Source: a virus (Duplodnaviria > Caudoviricetes). From it: a DNA stretch of 64,000 bases. The notes under the pieces were generated by a model. That model was not told the origin of the DNA, did no database searches, and worked only from the letters and a program-made list of their open reading frames with translations. The position numbers were made by a program, and so were the translations under genes. Position 1 is the first letter of the stretch; every line of letters begins with the position of its first letter. Where the stretch lies: positions 20,634 through 84,633 of the IMG/VR virus record IMGVR_UViG_3300021387_001083. One strand, written 5' to 3'. This document shows, piece by piece, positions 51,321-60,219 of this stretch.

Positions 51321-51791
51321 TTAATTTAAAAGTGATGTTACATATTCCAATTTAACCCAATAGGTAGGATAAGGATTATATTTGGAACGTTTTAAAAAAG
51401 TTATATAATCTTCATTACCATCCCATTTACTATAAAAATATTTGTAATAATCATCAACGCTTTGCCACCAAAAATCATATTTCCTTGGTTTGCCGTTGGC
51501 ATTACAAATACCCAAAACATTAGTACTAGTCTTACCTGTATTAGATTCTATTATAGCTTGGGCGTATATAATCTTTTGTACAGAAGTATCAATCCCTAAT
51601 TGTTCCATGTAAACCCATAAAGCTTTGGAAATTGGTTCCATGTATACGCTATATTCTTTACTTACGGTTTTTTCAAGGGCTTTTTCTTCTTTCTTGAGGT
51701 TGTTAAGACTTGTAGCAATAATGATATTTATAAAAGAAAGTATAAAGATGGATATTATGATTAATAACAATGTTATTTGGTTCTTTTTCAT
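51321..51791 (-). CDS. Membrane-anchored glucosaminidase/lysozyme-fold protein (GH73-like)
   Basis: N-terminal hydrophobic helix, YAQAIIESNTG, NVLGI, SVDDY and KY(N).YPTY. Confidence 0.6.
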   Translation of the reverse strand: MKKNQITLLLIIISIFILSFINIIIATSLNNLKKEEKALEKTVSKEYSVYMEPISKALWVYMEQLGIDTSVQKIIYAQAIIESNTGKTSTNVLGICNANGKPRKYDFWWQSVDDYYKYFYSKWDGNEDYITFLKRSKYNPYPTYWVKLEYVTSLLN

Positions 51792-51821
51792 TCTACATCT
51801 CCTGAAATAAAATTAAAATCT

Positions 51822-52085
51822 TCAAGCATTTCTTGTGAGTTCCTGTACATATGGTTTTATTTTAAATATTTTACACGCTATTGTAAAGCTTTTTAATGAC
51901 TTCTGATCAAAAAACACAGAATACATATATTCATAAATATCATTTTCTCCACTTCCTGAAGATATTAATTCATAATCTTCAGATGTTCCTTGAACATAAT
52001 TGTCATAAGCTTCTTTTAAACCGTTGTTTATATCCATTGCAACTATAGGACAACCATTATCTGTAATTATTCCTTTTTGTTTCAT
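51822..52085 (-). CDS. Hypothetical protein
   Basis: 87-aa ORF. Confidence 0.55.
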   Translation of the reverse strand: MKQKGIITDNGCPIVAMDINNGLKEAYDNYVQGTSEDYELISSGSGENDIYEYMYSVFFDQKSLKSFTIACKIFKIKPYVQELTRNA

Positions 52086-52109
52086 ATCTGGTAATGTTTG
52101 TTCTTAATT

Positions 52110-52487
52110 TTAGAAAAGGTAATTTACAGGGTCTTGTATAAAAACACTTGTATTCATAAAAGTATTATTGTCAAAATTTATTTTTATCACTTCTGCATTA
52201 TAGGCAGAATTATCTTCAAAACCTGAATGTTTCAAAACATAGTTATAAACATTCAAAAGATTTATCTTAAAAATGTTACGCCTGAATGCAATTAAAGAAA
52301 CTTTATTTTGAAATTTATTAAAATATTTTCTAAACAGTTTGTCATCAATATTATCCAATAATCCACTTACAAAAACTTTATAATTCGCACCACGAAGTAA
52401 AATAATTTTTCTTGAAGTTGTCAGCCATTGTTCTGTAAGATTATAGGTTTTTAAAAATTTATAAAAGACTTTATAAACAGTTTTCAT
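52110..52487 (-). CDS. Hypothetical protein
   Basis: 125-aa ORF. Confidence 0.55.
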   Translation of the reverse strand: MKTVYKVFYKFLKTYNLTEQWLTTSRKIILLRGANYKVFVSGLLDNIDDKLFRKYFNKFQNKVSLIAFRRNIFKINLLNVYNYVLKHSGFEDNSAYNAEVIKINFDNNTFMNTSVFIQDPVNYLF

Positions 52488-52587
52488 GTTATGTTATGTT
52501 TGTTGTTAAACATTTCATTTGTTTATATGAAATACTCATTTTGTGAATTTATCTTTAATTGGTTTGTATAAATGTCATTAAAATTAG

Positions 52588-52680
52588 CTGACTACTCAGG
52601 TATGAGCCCGAATAACTTTAAGCTAACGTGAATAACATCTCGTTAGATTAATATGTTGTTTTTCCTTAAACTAGTAGTCA
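52588..52680 (-). ncRNA. tRNA-like element with non-canonical central domain
   Basis: Acceptor TGACTAC/GTAGTCA, D-arm TA-GTTT-AAGGAA-AAAC, T-like arm TCGGG-CTCATA-CCTGA. The trailer CTAATTT is identical to that of tRNA-Gln. Confidence 0.4.
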
Positions 52681-53013
52681 ACGCACATATTGATTAAAAC
52701 CTTTTATTTTAATATTCATCTTAATTCAATACTGCATTATTAAATTAAGAACGGTTAAACTAACTCTCAGAGGTATGCAGCTTTTCTCTGAGTATTTGAA
52801 TTGAATTTATAAATATATATTGTTACTGAACATCTTTGACATCAGAAAACATTTAGGCCGCAATAACCACTCTGTTGACTTATTCAAAAACTAAGCTTTC
52901 ACAATATAATTTATAAACCCGCATCGTTTTGGCCAATATGTACTTGAAATTATTAAAATGCATTAGAATTTTAATAGTTTCAATTTTTAAAAATTATTTT
53001 TTAAGTGTAATTG

Positions 53014-53079
53014 TACTTCTATCAGGGCTTGAACCTAAAACTTTCAAAAAGAATATTTTGCCAGTTAAACTATAGAAGT
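53014..53079 (-). pseudogene. Degenerate tRNA gene with shortened anticodon arm
   Basis: Perfect acceptor ACTTCTA/TAGAAGT, D-arm GTTT-AACTGGC-AAAA, T-arm TTAGG-TTCAAGC-CCTGA. The anticodon plus variable region is only 16 nt. Confidence 0.6.
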
Positions 53080-53094
53080 TACAAAGAACAAACG

Positions 53095-53310
53095 TTATTG
53101 TTTTTTACAAGGTACCATTATTTTTGCAAAATATATATTGTTATGAACATTTAAAAAAGATTCTGCAAAAGTAATACAAGGTAGCATTCTCATTTGAGGC
53201 ATTAGAGCATTACAATGTTCTTTAAAATCACACAGATCGCAATCTGCGTTTTTGGTTTTGTTTCTTAATAATAAGAATTCCTCATCGTTTATTTTAATAC
53301 TGATTTTCAT
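53095..53310 (-). CDS. Small Cys-containing hypothetical protein
   Basis: 71 aa, CDLCDFKEHC motif. Confidence 0.55.
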   Translation of the reverse strand: MKISIKINDEEFLLLRNKTKNADCDLCDFKEHCNALMPQMRMLPCITFAESFLNVHNNIYFAKIMVPCKKQ

Positions 53311-53474
53311 GGCAAATCACATATTTCGTTTAATTTGTTTCTCAAATCCTTTATATGTTCCACTTCAGAATCTCCCATGCCAGATTTTACAATGCAATAA
53401 TACAAAGCTCTGGCTTGTTTTGGTGTAATGTTTAAAGTGAACAAATCTGATTCTTTTGTTTGATTTTCATTCAT
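53307..53474 (-). CDS. Small hypothetical protein (not in ORF track)
   Basis: MNENQTKESDLFTLNITPKQARALYYCIVKSGMGDSEVEHIKDLRNKLNEICDLP, with ATGA overlaps to both neighbours. Confidence 0.6.
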   Translation of the reverse strand: MNENQTKESDLFTLNITPKQARALYYCIVKSGMGDSEVEHIKDLRNKLNEICDLP

Positions 53475-53713
53475 AACAAATTATTTTTTAATTGACTATA
53501 TCTTGTATAAGAAGCCTTTAAAAAATCTTCAATTTTATCATCATTGTAAAAACAATCAATTCTGTCTCCAAATTGTACAATTCTTGCAACACCATATTCT
53601 TCATCTACAGTGTTAAAAATTGATTGTCCTAATCTTAATTTCCAACATTTCCGACTTTTTTGAGCTTTAGTTTTTACATCAGATACAAATTCTTCAAATG
53701 TCATTATTGTCAT
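53471..53713 (-). CDS. Hypothetical protein
   Basis: 80 aa, RLGQSIFN..DCFY.D block typical of small phage proteins. Confidence 0.6.
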   Translation of the reverse strand: MTIMTFEEFVSDVKTKAQKSRKCWKLRLGQSIFNTVDEEYGVARIVQFGDRIDCFYNDDKIEDFLKASYTRYSQLKNNLL

Positions 53714-53871
53714 TGTTCTTTTATAAACGTTGCTTTTATTGTTGTGTCTTCATAACCGTCTTTTAAATTTAATTGAAACTCACCAGTGTTTATTTGTGAC
53801 TCCAAAAGTTTCATTTCATTAATAAGATTTTCATCTTTAGTGGTTACTTTAATTGTTATTATTGCTTTCAT
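53710..53871 (-). CDS. Small hypothetical protein (not in ORF track)
   Basis: MKAIITIKVTTKDENLINEMKLLESQINTGEFQLNLKDGYEDTTIKATFIKEQ, stop overlaps the next ATG (ATGA). Confidence 0.5.
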   Translation of the reverse strand: MKAIITIKVTTKDENLINEMKLLESQINTGEFQLNLKDGYEDTTIKATFIKEQ

Positions 53872-54706
53872 AGATTGTTTCCCATAGATTATGTTTCATT
53901 AATACTGTCTTTGCTTTTTCACAAATATCGACTACATCAGGATGAGGTTTGCCTGTGACACCATAAAGTCTGACATCGAAAAAATGTTTCCAATCTGATG
54001 CAAAAGCTGTCATCATTATTGTTGCAGCAACGCCTTGGCAAAGAAAATAGGCTGCATGTTCTGGACGATAACCTTTATCAATCCATTTTGCATAAATTTG
54101 TTCTATTACTTCACAGTCATTTTTTAATTCATCAAGATCTTCTTCTTTTATCCAAGATGGTTGCATGAAAGAAATCGACATTCCATATTTTTCTTTCATG
54201 TAATTGACAAATCTTGTGCTTTCTATAGTAAAAGAGTATTTTCTGTGTCTTGTTACATCTTTATAAAAATGTATATCGGCTTGGATACGTAATGTTATAC
54301 GTTTTTCATGATGCTCTGTAGGTTCACACATGAAACATAAATCATCAAACCAGTTATTTTCATATATGACTCTATAATTAGTGGTTATGCAATAATTATA
54401 TATTTCACCACTTTTCATTACTCTAACCACAGAAGAATATGGATTTGCGTGATATTTTGCAGCAATGTTTTCAACAACAGTAGCATTTTCTGGTGTTACA
54501 ACAAGCAACAAGTATATTGTTCCATGTTCAAATACTGAAGAATGTCCATTTGATTTTAACATTTCTACAAACTTTTCAGCACTGTCTTCTGTGATTTTAT
54601 CTTCAGATTTATAAGCAGTCCTACCACATATTTCAATATGTTTATAAAGACCATCTATGTTGGGCATTTGTTGAACAAGTTCAACATTACTGGTAATTAA
54701 TTTCAT
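53849..54706 (-). CDS. thyX: FAD-dependent thymidylate synthase
   Basis: GHSSVFEH, RHRKYSFTIESTR (RHRx7SxR motif), PEHAAYFL and AHPD-like KPHPD. Confidence 0.85.
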   Translation of the reverse strand: MKLITSNVELVQQMPNIDGLYKHIEICGRTAYKSEDKITEDSAEKFVEMLKSNGHSSVFEHGTIYLLLVVTPENATVVENIAAKYHANPYSSVVRVMKSGEIYNYCITTNYRVIYENNWFDDLCFMCEPTEHHEKRITLRIQADIHFYKDVTRHRKYSFTIESTRFVNYMKEKYGMSISFMQPSWIKEEDLDELKNDCEVIEQIYAKWIDKGYRPEHAAYFLCQGVAATIMMTAFASDWKHFFDVRLYGVTGKPHPDVVDICEKAKTVLMKHNLWETIYESNNNN

Positions 54707-54713
54707 ATTTTAA

Positions 54714-55211
54714 CTACAATAAAGGTTTTGCTATTTCAAGTAAGTCTCCAAAATTATTAAGGAATTCATCACGAAGACCCGCTGTTTTAAATACAAGAAT
54801 TTTAGAATTTAAACTACATGTGAATGGAACTACCTTGTTTTTATATACTCCAATACAGGATTCGAGTGTATGTATACTCCAATCAGGTACCCAATTATCA
54901 TTATAGCAATCTCTAAGTTGAATTAACTGACAGAGTGCAAGCATTGCTTCTGCATATCTGATGTTTGGAAGTAATGTTTTATCTGATATATAGTTTCGAA
55001 ATGTACCTTCAGAAATTGTTATTTGATGAATTGAACCGAATTCGGTAAGCCAAGCTTCTTTTGCTTTTCTGGGATGTGTTTCACAAAACTCTTCCCAAGT
55101 TTTAGGAAGTTCTTTTTTAATGGGTTTAAATTTAATACATTCAAATGTGCTGTTTTCTTTATCAATTTCATAGCCATCAGGCGCTTTTATCTTAATTTCC
55201 TTTTCTTCCAT
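54714..55211 (-). CDS. Hypothetical protein (paralog of 61099-61581)
   Basis: LPKTWEEF...AMLALCQLIQLRDCYNDNWVPDW...FKTAGLRDEFL. Confidence 0.65.
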   Translation of the reverse strand: MEEKEIKIKAPDGYEIDKENSTFECIKFKPIKKELPKTWEEFCETHPRKAKEAWLTEFGSIHQITISEGTFRNYISDKTLLPNIRYAEAMLALCQLIQLRDCYNDNWVPDWSIHTLESCIGVYKNKVVPFTCSLNSKILVFKTAGLRDEFLNNFGDLLEIAKPLL

Positions 55212-55214
55212 AAT

Positions 55215-55601
55215 TTAATTTGTTTTAAATGTTAATGGTTCTAAATTCCCAATTTTTTCAGGAAACCAAATGTTTAACCATGGATTTTTATTGTTAGCTT
55301 TGTACCTGGCTATTTCTTTATTGATATCTAATACTTTTTCTGTAAGTTTTGGTAAATTACCATAATTTTCCATATTTACATCTTTTATCATAGCAGATGT
55401 ACTATTGTATTCATATATAATTTTCTCTGCTTCTGATTTAACAGTACTATATGTTACAATACATATAACGTTTGTTACAAAACAAGCTATGAAAATAAAT
55501 GTAAAAATAGCTACAAAAGTTTCTGAATATTTTTTATCGGCTATGATTATGCCGAGAATACTTAACACTGTCAATATAATTAACAAAATTACTGTATACA
55601 T
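55215..55601 (-). CDS. Hypothetical membrane protein
   Basis: Two N-terminal hydrophobic segments. Confidence 0.6.
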   Translation of the reverse strand: MYTVILLIILTVLSILGIIIADKKYSETFVAIFTFIFIACFVTNVICIVTYSTVKSEAEKIIYEYNSTSAMIKDVNMENYGNLPKLTEKVLDINKEIARYKANNKNPWLNIWFPEKIGNLEPLTFKTN

Positions 55602-55619
55602 TGTTTTATAGTTTTAGAT

Positions 55620-55946
55620 TTATTTTAATTCATTAAGCTTGAATATATAATCCATCCTTGACCAACCACCACTAGCTGAAAATTTCAACGGAATGTTTTT
55701 ATTTTTGATATGCTCGGGAATATTATCCAATGTTATTTTACCCCATTTGTATTCTAAACTATATGTTGAACTATACCATGGGCATCCTTGTTTTTGTATT
55801 TTTATAATACCCCATTCATTTTTTTGTTTAGTCAAAAGATAATCAATAAAATCACGAAGAGATATATTTTGTTCTGTTATTTTTACAGAATAATCAGTAG
55901 TTTCATCACTATGTGTTTTACCTACTTGTGTAAATTTAATTGTCAT
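55620..55946 (-). CDS. Hypothetical protein
   Basis: 108 aa, ASGGWSRMDY C-terminus. Confidence 0.6.
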   Translation of the reverse strand: MTIKFTQVGKTHSDETTDYSVKITEQNISLRDFIDYLLTKQKNEWGIIKIQKQGCPWYSSTYSLEYKWGKITLDNIPEHIKNKNIPLKFSASGGWSRMDYIFKLNELK

Positions 55947-56617
55947 TATTGTTTATTTTTCATTCTTTCTCTGAAGCATTTGAGCCAATTTATTATTTTC
56001 TTCGCCGGTACTGCTCTCATGTTAAAATCACCTTTATCAGTACTTTTAAAGTATGCCTCAGGATGATTTATTTCTAAAATACTGATAAGTAAATTTATCA
56101 TCTCTATGTCCTCTTCACTCCACTCAGCAGTTTTCTGCTCATCTTTTTTTTCAGTATTTTGAATACATTCACAATAAGGTTTACCTCTTTGAATAAGAGC
56201 ATCCAACACTCTAAACAATGGAACAGTTAATGTTGGTTGATTCCATTCATCTTTATGTAAATTCCAATTAGCATAACCCATTATAAATTCTGCAATAGGT
56301 TTCATATCATCGCTGATATAATTTATCCTTGATTTAACCTCTGTAGCATCCTTAATTGGTGTTTGAGGAATACTGAAAGTATTAAGTTCACCTTGCTTTT
56401 CAAGCCAAGCAATAATGTCTTCTCTTTTTAGATTACCATCATCTATTACATCCCAACTGCAATCTTTAAACCAATTAAGTAATTGTTTTCTCATCTTCTC
56501 ATCCTCGTTCTCTTCAATTTCTGGGAAGATTTTAACAGCAACTTCATAATCCGCTGTTCCTGGATTTATTATTTTTGCTCTTTCAAGAGCTTGCTCATAT
56601 TTTTGTTTGTAGTCCAT
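55946..56617 (-). CDS. Mosaic hypothetical protein
   Basis: MDYKQKYEQALERAK..IFPE..EDEKMRK..IAWLEKQG..EWSEED..INWLK blocks. Confidence 0.65.
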   Translation of the reverse strand: MDYKQKYEQALERAKIINPGTADYEVAVKIFPEIEENEDEKMRKQLLNWFKDCSWDVIDDGNLKREDIIAWLEKQGELNTFSIPQTPIKDATEVKSRINYISDDMKPIAEFIMGYANWNLHKDEWNQPTLTVPLFRVLDALIQRGKPYCECIQNTEKKDEQKTAEWSEEDIEMINLLISILEINHPEAYFKSTDKGDFNMRAVPAKKIINWLKCFRERMKNKQ

Positions 56618-56724
56618 ATTTATTTATCATTTTTAGTTCTATTTGTTGTATCATAAAACGATTTGCCTTCTTGCTTATCAACAAAAGGTGCTACATCAAA
56701 AATCTATTTTATATCTTCAGTGGT

Positions 56725-57144
56725 TTACCAGTGACTGTCTGCAAAGAAGAATGTTGTATCGTCAGGAAGTTTCTTTAAAGCTTCAATAGTTCGCTTTTTA
56801 TTTCTTTTTTCTCGCTCATCCCAATCTTTGCCTCCTTCTATATAAGGCTCATAATCTGAACAATTAAGACATTCAAAGCTACCATAATGATTAGGGTCTC
56901 TAACATCATAGCAATAACACCAATTACCTTCTACTACATTTTTATAGTTAAGCTGACAACGTCCCTTAGTTTCTTTGGTAAATTTAGTAAATTCTCCACT
57001 ACCCCAAGCAGCATCATCCCAATCTACCCAATCTGCGCCAATAGTCATTTCAGCAGCAGATTCTGAGGAAGAGTCTGGAGCATTGTTAAATATCTCTTGT
57101 AGGTTATCTTGAGTTCCTACAAATAATAATAAACAATGTGCCAT
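56725..57144 (-). CDS. Hypothetical protein
   Basis: 139-aa ORF, Trp/Asp-rich. Confidence 0.6.
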   Translation of the reverse strand: MAHCLLLFVGTQDNLQEIFNNAPDSSSESAAEMTIGADWVDWDDAAWGSGEFTKFTKETKGRCQLNYKNVVEGNWCYCYDVRDPNHYGSFECLNCSDYEPYIEGGKDWDEREKRNKKRTIEALKKLPDDTTFFFADSHW

Positions 57145-57145
57145 T

Positions 57146-57394
57146 TTATTCTCCTTTCATGTTCTTTTTAAAATCTTCATACATTTCTTCCATAGCATTA
57201 AAATCAGTACTTACAATTCCGTAAAATACATCATTAAAGTAAAACTTATTATGCAAGTATGCTAAAGCCTTTTCAATAAAGGCATCAGTGCGGGTGTATT
57301 CAACAAAAGAAGTGTCACCTTTACCAATTAACCATGTTCTATTTTCAAGATTTGAATTTATATAAATCTTCTCTGGAGTTTCGTTTACTTTCAT
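57146..57394 (-). CDS. Hypothetical protein
   Basis: 82 aa, PEKIY..VEYTRTDAFIEKA. Confidence 0.6.
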   Translation of the reverse strand: MKVNETPEKIYINSNLENRTWLIGKGDTSFVEYTRTDAFIEKALAYLHNKFYFNDVFYGIVSTDFNAMEEMYEDFKKNMKGE

Positions 57395-57397
57395 GCC

Positions 57398-57499
57398 TTA
57401 TCTCTTTTCATTTCCTTTTGTGCTATTGTCTTTGGTTATCAACCAATTTATAAAATATCCACCGTATACAAAGGTAATTCCAAAAAGTAAATAAGTCAT
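57398..57499 (-). CDS. Very small membrane protein (not in ORF track)
   Basis: MTYLLFGITFVYGGYFINWLITKDNSTKGNEKR, ATGA overlap with the upstream gene. Confidence 0.45.
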   Translation of the reverse strand: MTYLLFGITFVYGGYFINWLITKDNSTKGNEKR

Positions 57500-57885
57500 T
57501 TGACTTCTTCCTTTCTTGTTCTAATGCCAAATTCAAAGAAGTGTTTAGCAATACTCTTTGCCCATACTATTTGCTCGTCAGAATGCCACATTTGAGGTAC
57601 ACCTTCAATATTGTCAAGAAAATTATTAAACTCTTTTTCCAAATCCACCTCCGTTTGCTCCTGTTGGAGAGAGTCGATGATGTCAAGTATATTCTTTATT
57701 GCCAATTGATATCCTCGTTCTGTCTCTCCATCCTCAAAACCTTGCTCACATTGTAGTCCTTTTATCTTAACTAAAAGTTTTTCCGCGTCAATGTATTTCA
57801 TACTATTCTCCTTTCCTATTTCCAAAAAGGGCATTTCTCGCATGGTGTAATTCTGCACCACTGAGGATGTTTCTTTGCTATACAC
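57496..57885 (-). CDS. Hypothetical protein (family of 57889-58221 and 58224-58658); probable start MKYIDAEKL
   Basis: YIDAEKL...IIDSLQQEQTEVDLEKE. Confidence 0.6.
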   Translation of the reverse strand: MYSKETSSVVQNYTMREMPFLEIGKENSMKYIDAEKLLVKIKGLQCEQGFEDGETERGYQLAIKNILDIIDSLQQEQTEVDLEKEFNNFLDNIEGVPQMWHSDEQIVWAKSIAKHFFEFGIRTRKEEVK

Positions 57886-57888
57886 ATA

Positions 57889-58221
57889 TTAGTTCTCCTT
57901 TCTTGCGTTAAGTTTATCAAGTATATCATTGTAAGCATTTGTCTTGCCTACATTCAATCCACGATTAAAAGAATACGGCTTATGGTTAATTAAATCAGCA
58001 CCGAGTTCAAGCAATTTGTTAGAAATATAGTTCTCCAAGTCTATTTCTTTCGCTTGAAGGGTGTTGATGAAAGAAAGCAAATGTTCCATTTTCATACAAA
58101 CTACCGCAGGAGATGGGCTTGGCTCATACCCACCTCGACATTGTTCATCAAATATAGCCTTTTCTTCTGCGTATATTTTTTCTATCTCCGCTACTACGGC
58201 GGCTTTGTCTATTAGTTCCAT
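57889..58221 (-). CDS. Hypothetical protein (MELI.K family)
   Basis: MELIDKAAVVAEIEK...FINTLQAKEIDLE. Confidence 0.6.
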   Translation of the reverse strand: MELIDKAAVVAEIEKIYAEEKAIFDEQCRGGYEPSPSPAVVCMKMEHLLSFINTLQAKEIDLENYISNKLLELGADLINHKPYSFNRGLNVGKTNAYNDILDKLNARKEN

Positions 58222-58223
58222 AT

Positions 58224-58658
58224 TTATTCTTCTTTTTGTGTTTTAACAACAATAAGTTTCACCAAATCCCCCTTTTCAAGTCCAAGGTCCATCATATCTG
58301 TAACAATGTTGGAGTTTTTATAAGTAATATGAGGAGAATAAAATATAATTTCATTCGCACAAGGAACTTGAGATACAACAGCATCAACAGCCTTAGCCAT
58401 TATTTTTTCTCGCATTTTTTCTAAGCCTGCAAAATAGGCATGGTCTTCGGCTGATTCTATGATTTTATCAACATCTTTCGTTTTAAGAGTGTCAATGAAT
58501 ACTTTGATTTCTTGAAGCATAGCGATTCTCGCATCAAGACTGATTATATTCATCTGTGTTGGTGATGGGCATTGCCTTTCAGATTCCTTTTCTTTTTGAA
58601 AACAGCGGATTCTTTTTTCAATCTCCGCTATAATAGTGGGTTTATTTATAAGTTCCAT
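58224..58658 (-). CDS. Hypothetical protein (MELI.K family)
   Basis: MELINKPTIIAEIEK...FIDTLKTKDVD. Confidence 0.6.
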   Translation of the reverse strand: MELINKPTIIAEIEKRIRCFQKEKESERQCPSPTQMNIISLDARIAMLQEIKVFIDTLKTKDVDKIIESAEDHAYFAGLEKMREKIMAKAVDAVVSQVPCANEIIFYSPHITYKNSNIVTDMMDLGLEKGDLVKLIVVKTQKEE

Positions 58659-58663
58659 AATCT

Positions 58664-59149
58664 TTATTTAATGTTATACATTCCTTCCGTTGCAGGGAGA
58701 GCAAGACCCATTGGAATTAAGCCACGATAGTCAAACATATTTTTGTTTGCCCAATCTATAAGCTCATAGAATTCTTCTCCTCTAAAAGAATCACACATAT
58801 CTTCATATTCAGCCCGTTCTTCTTTAGTCATAGAAGACATTGGACGAAGATAGGGTTTAATAAGTTCAACAGGAACCCCATACTCGCGATTATCATACCC
58901 TCTCAGCATACTAAATCTTTCTGAACCTATATACGAGTATACAATATGTGGCTCTTGTGAAATATCGTCTATACTCTTATTGCTGCACCTCAAAATAGTG
59001 TTTAAATTTTTCTTATATGGATATTCCGAATCATCATCGTCATCTGGTAGCAATTCTAAATATGATTTAAAATCTATTGCAACCTTAACATTATAAGGCA
59101 ATCTTGCACAAAGGTCTTTAAGTAGAAGGAAATTTTCTTCTTGTGCCAT
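58664..59149 (-). CDS. Hypothetical protein (LLLKDLCARLPY family)
   Basis: LLLKDLCARLPY..KPYLRPMSSMT.EE..FDYRGLI..GLAL.A.EGMY. Confidence 0.65.
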   Translation of the reverse strand: MAQEENFLLLKDLCARLPYNVKVAIDFKSYLELLPDDDDDSEYPYKKNLNTILRCSNKSIDDISQEPHIVYSYIGSERFSMLRGYDNREYGVPVELIKPYLRPMSSMTKEERAEYEDMCDSFRGEEFYELIDWANKNMFDYRGLIPMGLALPATEGMYNIK

Positions 59150-59159
59150 ATATATTGTT

Positions 59160-59864
59160 TTAAATCATAATTATTGGTAGTAGATTTCCTCCAAACCACT
59201 CTTCCATATATTCCTTTTTATAAAAAAATACATTTCCTGTATGATTCACATAATTACCGTCAATCTTGATGTTACTAGTGTCGTTTACTAACCAACTAAT
59301 GCTATTTTTGTATAATATTTTGCCATTTTCATTTTTAATGAAATTTATAAATGGATGGCATATAAGATAATACCCATTATATAATTTATTTTCAGAACTA
59401 ACCATAAAAGAGAAGTTAGCAATATGGTCTATCTTCTCTGGAAATTCGGTGCATATTGTAATGAACGCATCGAACCATTCTTTCGGAGAAACATTGTTGC
59501 AATACTCCAAAGTTGGCATAAACACACCATCAGGAACTGTTTTCATGAGTCCCTTATATTCTGGCTCAGAATGCTGTGTAACATAAGGGCCAGTATTTTC
59601 TCTTGGATAGTTATCTTCTCTACATAGTTCATATGGGGGATTTAATGGAAGATAATATCCCTTTCCATTCTCTTCTCTCAACAAGATACAAGTCTGTGTA
59701 CGACGGTCTTTGTACTTTGTTTCAATCCAATGATAACCATACTTATCTGATTTATCCTGTTTGTCCAATAGAAGGTCTGGAAACTTTATTTTACGTATCT
59801 TATCCATTTTAAATTTATTTTTTATACATTCCTTCAGGTGCTTCAAGGGCGAGACCTTTTTCAA
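59160..59864 (-). CDS. Hypothetical protein (start probably ~59800)
   Basis: 234-aa ORF whose 5' end overlaps the next gene. Confidence 0.55.
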   Translation of the reverse strand: MKKVSPLKHLKECIKNKFKMDKIRKIKFPDLLLDKQDKSDKYGYHWIETKYKDRRTQTCILLREENGKGYYLPLNPPYELCREDNYPRENTGPYVTQHSEPEYKGLMKTVPDGVFMPTLEYCNNVSPKEWFDAFITICTEFPEKIDHIANFSFMVSSENKLYNGYYLICHPFINFIKNENGKILYKNSISWLVNDTSNIKIDGNYVNHTGNVFFYKKEYMEEWFGGNLLPIIMI

Positions 59865-60219
59865 TCAAACCACGGTAGTCAAAGTGATGGGACAGAACAT
59901 AGTCAAGAGCATCCTCATTATGAGGGAATAATCCTTCATAACAATTTATTGCTCTGTATTCATTTTCTTCTTCCTCAGTCATACTCGCCATTGGGCGGAG
60001 ATATGGCTTACATTCTTTCCACCAACCATTGCCAAGTTCAGCAACATATCCAATGTTACCAGACGTTATTTTTACATTTCCTTCTTTCTCTCGGCTTTTA
60101 TATTTTACTATTACCTCGTAAGGCAACCTTGCACAGAGGTCTTTTAATAAGAGTTCTTTATCTTCTTGTGTCATGTTATTGTGTTTTAGATGGTTTTTTT
60201 TCTTTTTTGTTTGTTTCAA
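59815..60219 (-). CDS. Hypothetical protein (LLLKDLCARLPY family); probable start MTQEDKEL
   Basis: Paralog of 58664-59149 with the same conserved blocks. Confidence 0.65.
   Translation of the reverse strand: MKQTKKKKNHLKHNNMTQEDKELLLKDLCARLPYEVIVKYKSREKEGNVKITSGNIGYVAELGNGWWKECKPYLRPMASMTEEEENEYRAINCYEGLFPHNEDALDYVLSHHFDYRGLIEKGLALEAPEGMYKK

Noticed and set aside
56620-56724. Short in-frame stretch after the stop of 56725-57144 (TTEDIK*IFDVAPFVDKQEG...)
   Set aside because: It is interrupted by TAA and TAG and has no start codon. At most a gene remnant, with no support for readthrough.
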